NCBI GenBank assembly: GCA_963761735.1
Contig: CAVXHQ010000003.1
Location: 212,479 to 276,478 of the forward strand
Source of the DNA: an uncultured Alphaproteobacteria bacterium
GTDB lineage: Bacteria; Pseudomonadota; Alphaproteobacteria; Rhodobacterales; Rhodobacteraceae
DNA length: 64,000 nucleotides
Direction of reading: 5' to 3'
This document shows, one piece after another, positions 59,201-64,000 of this stretch; position 1 is the stretch's first letter; the number at the start of each line of letters is the position of its first letter. The notes under the pieces were generated by a model. The model searched no databases and was not told the origin of the DNA. It saw only the letters and a list, made by a program, of their open reading frames with translations. Position numbers and translations under genes: made by a program.

Positions 59201-59282
59201 GGGCCGTGACATTGGCCGCGAACCTGCCTATCCCGGTCCCCGACACCCATTGACCCGATACCCATCGAAAAAGGACGCCCCC

Positions 59283-60671
59283 ATGGCCAGCTATGACCTT
59301 ATCATGATCGGTTCCGGACCGGGCGGCTATGTCGGCGCGATCCGCGCGGCGCAACTGGGAATGAAGGTGGCCTGCGTCGAGGGGCGCGACACGCTGGGCG
59401 GCACCTGCCTGAACGTCGGCTGCATCCCGTCCAAGGCGCTGCTGCACGCAAGCCACATGCTGCACGAGGCAGAGCACAATTTCGCCAAAATGGGCCTGAA
59501 GGGCAAGACGCCCTCCGTCGACTGGAAACAGATGCTGGTCTATAAGAACGAGACCATCGAGACGAACACCAAGGGGATCGAATTCCTGTTCAAGAAGAAC
59601 AAGATCGACTGGCTCAAGGGCTGGGCGAGCATCCCCGAGGCCGGCCGCGTAAAGGTCGGCGACGAGGTGCACGAGGCGAAACACATCGTGATCGCCAGCG
59701 GCAGCGAGGTTTCGAGCCTGCCGGGCGTCGAGATCGACGAAAAGGTCGTGGTGTCGTCGACCGGCGCGCTGGAACTTACGAAGGTGCCCAAGCGGCTGGT
59801 CGTGATCGGTGCGGGCGTCATCGGCCTCGAGCTTGGGTCCGTCTACGCGCGTCTGGGAAGCGAGGTGCAGGTCGTCGAATACCTCGACGCGATCACGCCG
59901 GGCATGGACCGCGAGGTGCAAAAGCAATTCAAACGGTTGCTGGAAAAGCAGGGCCTCAAGTTCACGATGGGCGCCGCTGTGCAGAGTGTCGCGGTCAAGA
60001 ACGGCAAGGCGACGGTCACCTACACACTCAGGAAAGACGACAGCGAGCAGACGATGAACGCCGATGTCGTGCTGGTGGCGACGGGGCGCAGGCCGTTCAC
60101 GGATGGGCTTGGCCTCGACGATCTCGGCGTGAAACTCACCAAGCGCGGGCAGATCGAAACGGACGCGCGCTACGAGACCAGCGTCAAGGGCATCCATGCC
60201 ATCGGCGACGCCATCGCCGGGCCGATGCTGGCGCACAAGGCCGAGGACGAGGGGATGGCCGTGGCCGAGATCCTTGCCGGTCAGCACGGTCATGTCAATT
60301 ACGGCGTGATCCCCGGCGTGATCTATACCCACCCCGAGGTGGCCAACGTCGGCCTGACCGAAGAGGAACTCAAGGAAGAGGGCCGCGCCTACAAGGTCGG
60401 AAAATTCTCGTTCATGGGGAACGGGCGTGCCAAGGCGAATTTCGCCGCCGACGGATTCGTGAAAATCCTCGCCGACAAGACGACGGACCGTATCCTCGGC
60501 GCGCATATCATCGGCCCGATGGCGGGCGACCTGATCCACGAGATTTGCGTGGCGATGGAATTCGGCGCCGCCGCCGAGGATCTGGCCCGCACCTGCCACG
60601 CCCATCCGACCTATTCCGAGGCCGTCCGCGAAGCCGCACTTGCCTGTGGCGACGGCGCGATCCACGCCTGA
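59283..60671 (+). CDS. lpdA: dihydrolipoyl dehydrogenase (E3)
   Basis: [20 protein letters not shown] redox-active disulfide, [16 protein letters not shown]-terminal motif. Confidence 0.95.
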   Translation: MASYDLIMIGSGPGGYVGAIRAAQLGMKVACVEGRDTLGGTCLNVGCIPSKALLHASHMLHEAEHNFAKMGLKGKTPSVDWKQMLVYKNETIETNTKGIEFLFKKNKIDWLKGWASIPEAGRVKVGDEVHEAKHIVIASGSEVSSLPGVEIDEKVVVSSTGALELTKVPKRLVVIGAGVIGLELGSVYARLGSEVQVVEYLDAITPGMDREVQKQFKRLLEKQGLKFTMGAAVQSVAVKNGKATVTYTLRKDDSEQTMNADVVLVATGRRPFTDGLGLDDLGVKLTKRGQIETDARYETSVKGIHAIGDAIAGPMLAHKAEDEGMAVAEILAGQHGHVNYGVIPGVIYTHPEVANVGLTEEELKEEGRAYKVGKFSFMGNGRAKANFAADGFVKILADKTTDRILGAHIIGPMAGDLIHEICVAMEFGAAAEDLARTCHAHPTYSEAVREAALACGDGAIHA

Positions 60672-60706
60672 CACCGCTCGGAACGCCGCGGCACAGGCGG
60701 AATTCT

Positions 60707-60731
60707 GGAACACCCCGGTCCGGGGTGTTCC
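60707..60731. terminator. perfect 12-bp-arm palindrome between convergent lpdA and the iclR-type gene
   Basis: GGAACACCCCGG-t-CCGGGGTGTTCC. No U-tract on either strand. Confidence 0.45.
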
Positions 60732-60756
60732 GAAAACGTCGCCTTCGCTGCGGCGG

Positions 60757-61527
60757 TCAGCTCTCGTCCATCAACGAGGTAAGCTGTTCGGAGGCTTTCC
60801 GCAGCGGTTCAAGATGGCGCAGCACTGTCTGCGGCGTGAACCGTTGCACCGGCGCATGGAACGACAGCGTCACCACCAGCCGCCCGTTCGCGTCCTTCAC
60901 CGGCACGGCAAGGGCGACCATGCCGTCCATGAATTCCTCCCGGTCAAGGGAGTAGCCATCGCGCCGCACGCGACCGATCTCGTCGATCAGGGCCACGGGA
61001 TCGATGAGCGTGTTCGGGGTGTGGGCCTTCAACACCTCGGCGCGGGCATACCGGTTCAGATGGGCCGTCGGCAGGGTCGACAGGTACATCTTGCCGGACG
61101 CCGTCGCATAGAGCGGCACCTTGGTTCCGATCGGCAGCTGGATGCGCAACGGCCATTCGGTCTCGATCCGTTCGAGGTAGACCATGCCGTCATGCTCGGG
61201 CAGCGAGATGTTGCACGTCTCGCCGATCTCGACCGACAGTTTGCGCAACACCGCCAGACGCGCGGACCTGATCCGCAGGCTGGACAACACGCCTGTCGAC
61301 ATGCGGCGCAACCGCCGCCCCGGCGCATAGGACCGCCCGTCGATGTCCTTTTGCAGGAAACCCTCGTCGCACAGCGTGGCAAACAGGCGGTGGATCGTCG
61401 GCTTTGGCAGGCCAAGACGGGCGTTTACCTCGGTCGGCGTCACCGGCACACCGTCGCGTGCCACCTCTTCGAGGACGACCAGCAGGCGCAGCGTGGTCGG
61501 TATCTGATCCTGCGGTGATCCGTCCAT
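60757..61527 (-). CDS. IclR family transcriptional regulator
   Basis: N-terminal wHTH (LRLLVVLEEVARDGVPVTPTEVNARLGLPKPTIHRL) and C-terminal IclR effector domain. Confidence 0.85.
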   Translation of the reverse strand: MDGSPQDQIPTTLRLLVVLEEVARDGVPVTPTEVNARLGLPKPTIHRLFATLCDEGFLQKDIDGRSYAPGRRLRRMSTGVLSSLRIRSARLAVLRKLSVEIGETCNISLPEHDGMVYLERIETEWPLRIQLPIGTKVPLYATASGKMYLSTLPTAHLNRYARAEVLKAHTPNTLIDPVALIDEIGRVRRDGYSLDREEFMDGMVALAVPVKDANGRLVVTLSFHAPVQRFTPQTVLRHLEPLRKASEQLTSLMDES

Positions 61528-61535
61528 GCGGTTTC

Positions 61536-62960
61536 CTACTGCGCGACCTCTTCGGGCACACCGGCAAACCAGGTGCCGATTTCCGAAATCCGCTCATAGA
61601 CCCAGCCGCCCTCGAGAAGGGTCAGCGACAGCTCGGGAATAAGAGCGACTGCCACCCATACGACGATGAGCGATCCCAGATACATCGTGGAATAGCGCAG
61701 CAGACGGAAGTAGGGAACACCCGTCACGCCGGACGCGACATAGAGGTTCAGGCCGTAGGGCGGCGTGATGAACCCGATCGACGCGCCGACGAGGAAGATC
61801 ACCGCAAACTGGATCGGATCGACCCCGATCGAGGCCGCGATGGGCGCAAGGATCGGTGCGAGGATGATCGTGACGGGCAGCGATTCCAGGACCATGCCGG
61901 CGATGAACACGATCGCCATGGCCGTGAACAGGATCGCGTAATAGCCGCCCATCGACAAGACGAAATCGCGGATAACCTCCTGCGCCCCGAGGATCGACAG
62001 GATCTGCTGCATCACCACCGAAATGGCGATCAGCGGCGCGAGGATGCCGGTGATCTGCGCCGAGCGCATGGTGATCGACGGCAGTTCCAGCGGGCTGAAC
62101 CCCTGCACCACCAGCATTTCGGCGTAGCTGCGCTCTTCCAGCGGCCGGTCCTCGCTGCGGCCGATGAATTTATAGATCGGCAGGCAGACGAATCCGACGA
62201 TAACGCAGAACCCGACGGTCACGGCCGCCGCCTCGGTCGGTGAGAATTTGCCCGAATAGATGCCCCAGAGCACCAGCCCGATAGCAAAGAAACCCAGCCA
62301 TCCGCCCAGCGCCGTCTTGGTGACGCGGCTGAGGCGGAGCGGGATGAGATAGCCCCAGCCGTTCACCGTCGAGACGATAAAGGCGGTGACGATCATCGCC
62401 AGAACCATCAGGGCGCCGGGCACGAGGCCCGCCTTGAACAGATCGGTGATCTGAAGGTTCATCAGAAAACCATAGACGATGAAGATGATCGACGGCGGAA
62501 TGATGATGCCCACCGTGCCGCCCGCCGCCGCCGTCGCCGCCGAAAACCGCTCGTCATAGCCGCCCTTGACCATTTCGGGGTGCAACATGGAGCCGATTGT
62601 CGCCGTGGTTGCCGAATTGCTGCCCGAAATGGCGGCGAACAGGCCCGACGCGCCAAGCGCCGCCATCGCAAGACCGCCGCGCAGCCAGCCAAGACAGGCA
62701 TAGGCGAAATCCGACAGCCGCCGGGCGATGCCGGAACGGTTGATCAGGTCTCCGGTCAGGATAAAGAGCGGCATCGCCAGAAGGGCGAAACCGTCCGTGA
62801 ACACGTCCGACAGGGCGGTGCCGATGTTGATGACGCCGAGGTTGACGACGAACGACATCCCCAGAACCCAGTAAAAGATCACCAGCAGGACCGGTACGCC
62901 CAGCATGAAAAGGCCCGTCACGGCCAATGAGATAAGGGTGGTCCAGGTCGCGGTGTCCAT
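61536..62960 (-). CDS. dctM: TRAP transporter large permease subunit
   Basis: 474 aa, about 12 or more TM helices. FILTGDLINRSGIARRL and ATTATIGS motifs. Confidence 0.9.
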   Translation of the reverse strand: MDTATWTTLISLAVTGLFMLGVPVLLVIFYWVLGMSFVVNLGVINIGTALSDVFTDGFALLAMPLFILTGDLINRSGIARRLSDFAYACLGWLRGGLAMAALGASGLFAAISGSNSATTATIGSMLHPEMVKGGYDERFSAATAAAGGTVGIIIPPSIIFIVYGFLMNLQITDLFKAGLVPGALMVLAMIVTAFIVSTVNGWGYLIPLRLSRVTKTALGGWLGFFAIGLVLWGIYSGKFSPTEAAAVTVGFCVIVGFVCLPIYKFIGRSEDRPLEERSYAEMLVVQGFSPLELPSITMRSAQITGILAPLIAISVVMQQILSILGAQEVIRDFVLSMGGYYAILFTAMAIVFIAGMVLESLPVTIILAPILAPIAASIGVDPIQFAVIFLVGASIGFITPPYGLNLYVASGVTGVPYFRLLRYSTMYLGSLIVVWVAVALIPELSLTLLEGGWVYERISEIGTWFAGVPEEVAQ

Positions 62961-62961
62961 C

Positions 62962-63642
62962 TTACTGGCCTCCGATCACGGCTTGTTCGATCAGCGGGCG
63001 ACCGTCGCGCAACTTCAGACGATCGTCGGCGGCGTTCTGCAGGACACGGCCGGCCAGCAGGACAAAGGTCAGCGGCATGGTAATCAGGAACCACCACTGC
63101 ATGACGTTGTTGGTGCCCGCCATGATCTGAAAGTTTGCCGCCGAATTCACCGTCACTTGAAAACCGGTCACGACCACGACCCAGCAAAACCCCAGCCACA
63201 GCACGGTATCGAGCAGGAGCATCGCGTATTGCCCGCCCCGCCCCATCACATTGCGGATTTCCGAGAACGACAGGTGGGTGCGCAGTTTGACGTTATAGCT
63301 GCACCCGACCCAGGTCATGATGAGAAACAGGAACGGCGGCAATGTCGACGACCACGGCTCTTGCAGGCCCCAGACGAATCGGCGGATCACCTCCACGAAA
63401 ATGATCCCGCCGATGGCGAGATAGGAGACGACCATGATCGAGGGTTCGAGGTACTTTTCGACCACCGGAACGTGGCGATAGAGCAGCATGGCGAGGTAGC
63501 CGCCCGCCAGCGTCACCAGCAGACACAGCGTCCAGAACGACGGCTGTCCCATCGCCGTCTTGAGGGCGAACAGGGGCCCGCCTCCGAATGCCGCGAAAAT
63601 CTGGCTGACGATGCCGCCTATGCCCGAAAACCACTCGGTCAT
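62962..63642 (-). CDS. dctQ: TRAP transporter small permease subunit
   Basis: 226 aa, 4 TM helices. Immediately upstream of dctM with a 1-nt gap. Confidence 0.8.
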   Translation of the reverse strand: MTEWFSGIGGIVSQIFAAFGGGPLFALKTAMGQPSFWTLCLLVTLAGGYLAMLLYRHVPVVEKYLEPSIMVVSYLAIGGIIFVEVIRRFVWGLQEPWSSTLPPFLFLIMTWVGCSYNVKLRTHLSFSEIRNVMGRGGQYAMLLLDTVLWLGFCWVVVVTGFQVTVNSAANFQIMAGTNNVMQWWFLITMPLTFVLLAGRVLQNAADDRLKLRDGRPLIEQAVIGGQ

Positions 63643-63764
63643 CGGAAACCCCCCCGAATATTTGTCGATGTCGATGGCCGATCCGACACCGGGCGACGCA
63701 GGGCCGCCCGGTATCCGTCATTCTGGCAGGCAGGATCCGGTCTGCGACCCTCGCCCGCCCAGTC

Positions 63765-64000
63765 CTAGGACCGCCACCAGCGGCGCGGCTCGACGTTTTC
63801 GGCGAGCGTATCGACCGGGATTTCGCGGGCGATGTCGTAGATGTCCTGATAGGTGTCGTGGCCACCCGACCAGCCGTTGATCCGCTCGCGCCATTGCTCC
63901 CACGGTGCGGGCTGGAACTCGGGCGAACACATCTCTTCGGCCTTGCGCTTTTCCTCGACCGACAGCTTGGCGACGCGGACGTCGTTCTCGGCAAAGATCG
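63765..64000 (-). CDS. dctP: TRAP substrate-binding protein, C-terminal fragment (gene continues beyond the window)
   Basis: My own translation of the minus strand: IFAENDVRVAKLSVEEKRKAEEMCSPEFQPAPWEQWRERINGWSGGHDTYQDIYDIAREIPVDTLAENVEPRRWWRS*. Not in the ORF track because the start lies outside the window. Position upstream of dctQM. Confidence 0.6.
   Translation of the reverse strand, partial: IFAENDVRVAKLSVEEKRKAEEMCSPEFQPAPWEQWRERINGWSGGHDTYQDIYDIAREIPVDTLAENVEPRRWWRS

Overview
High-G+C alphaproteobacterial chromosome segment. Gene content looks like Rhodobacterales or the roseobacter group: an hvrA-type H-NS, a luxR-luxI-helicase-ccr neighbourhood, and an mcl2-nnrU-DUF1737-mch cluster. 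All family calls come from reading the supplied translations for motifs; no database search was possible.

The window is densely coding and mostly housekeeping:
- rsmD, a peroxiredoxin, mscS and a PrtD/HlyD type I secretion pair
- a class A PBP, glnK-amtB, nifU-tsaB-rimI
- a BMP-type nucleoside ABC transporter plus punA
- the ethylmalonyl-CoA pathway genes ccr, ecm, mch and mcl2
- a TCA block of sdhCDAB, mdh, sucCDAB and lpdA
- an IclR regulator with a TRAP transporter

Accessory or unusual content:
1. An IS481-family element sits exactly on the peroxiredoxin stop codon, and its transposase is frameshifted.
2. An AHL quorum-sensing locus carries a candidate small upstream ORF and a RecD-like helicase directly downstream. 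A roughly 175 bp inverted-repeat element follows it.
3. A translationally coupled four-gene cassette (three small exported proteins or lipoproteins plus a Zn-ribbon methyltransferase) lies between sdhA and sdhB.
4. Two paralogous exported-protein genes lie between sucC and sucD.
5. A low-G+C secreted-protein ORF and a MAPEG-79aa-MAPEG triad lie between sucB and lpdA.
6. The 5' end of mch contains a 5 x 30 bp in-frame tandem repeat.
7. Several clean operator-like palindromes are present, including an Irr/ICE-type box upstream of nifU and a double palindrome inside a near-consensus promoter.
8. Single-nucleotide frameshifts are frequent in otherwise conserved genes: PBP1A, mdh, sucB, the transposase, and at least 5 in a PRC-barrel gene. 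This most likely reflects assembly indel errors and must be checked against reads.

My best candidates for an undescribed system are the exported-protein and methyltransferase cassettes embedded in the sdh and suc operons. The quorum-sensing plus small-ORF plus helicase module comes next.
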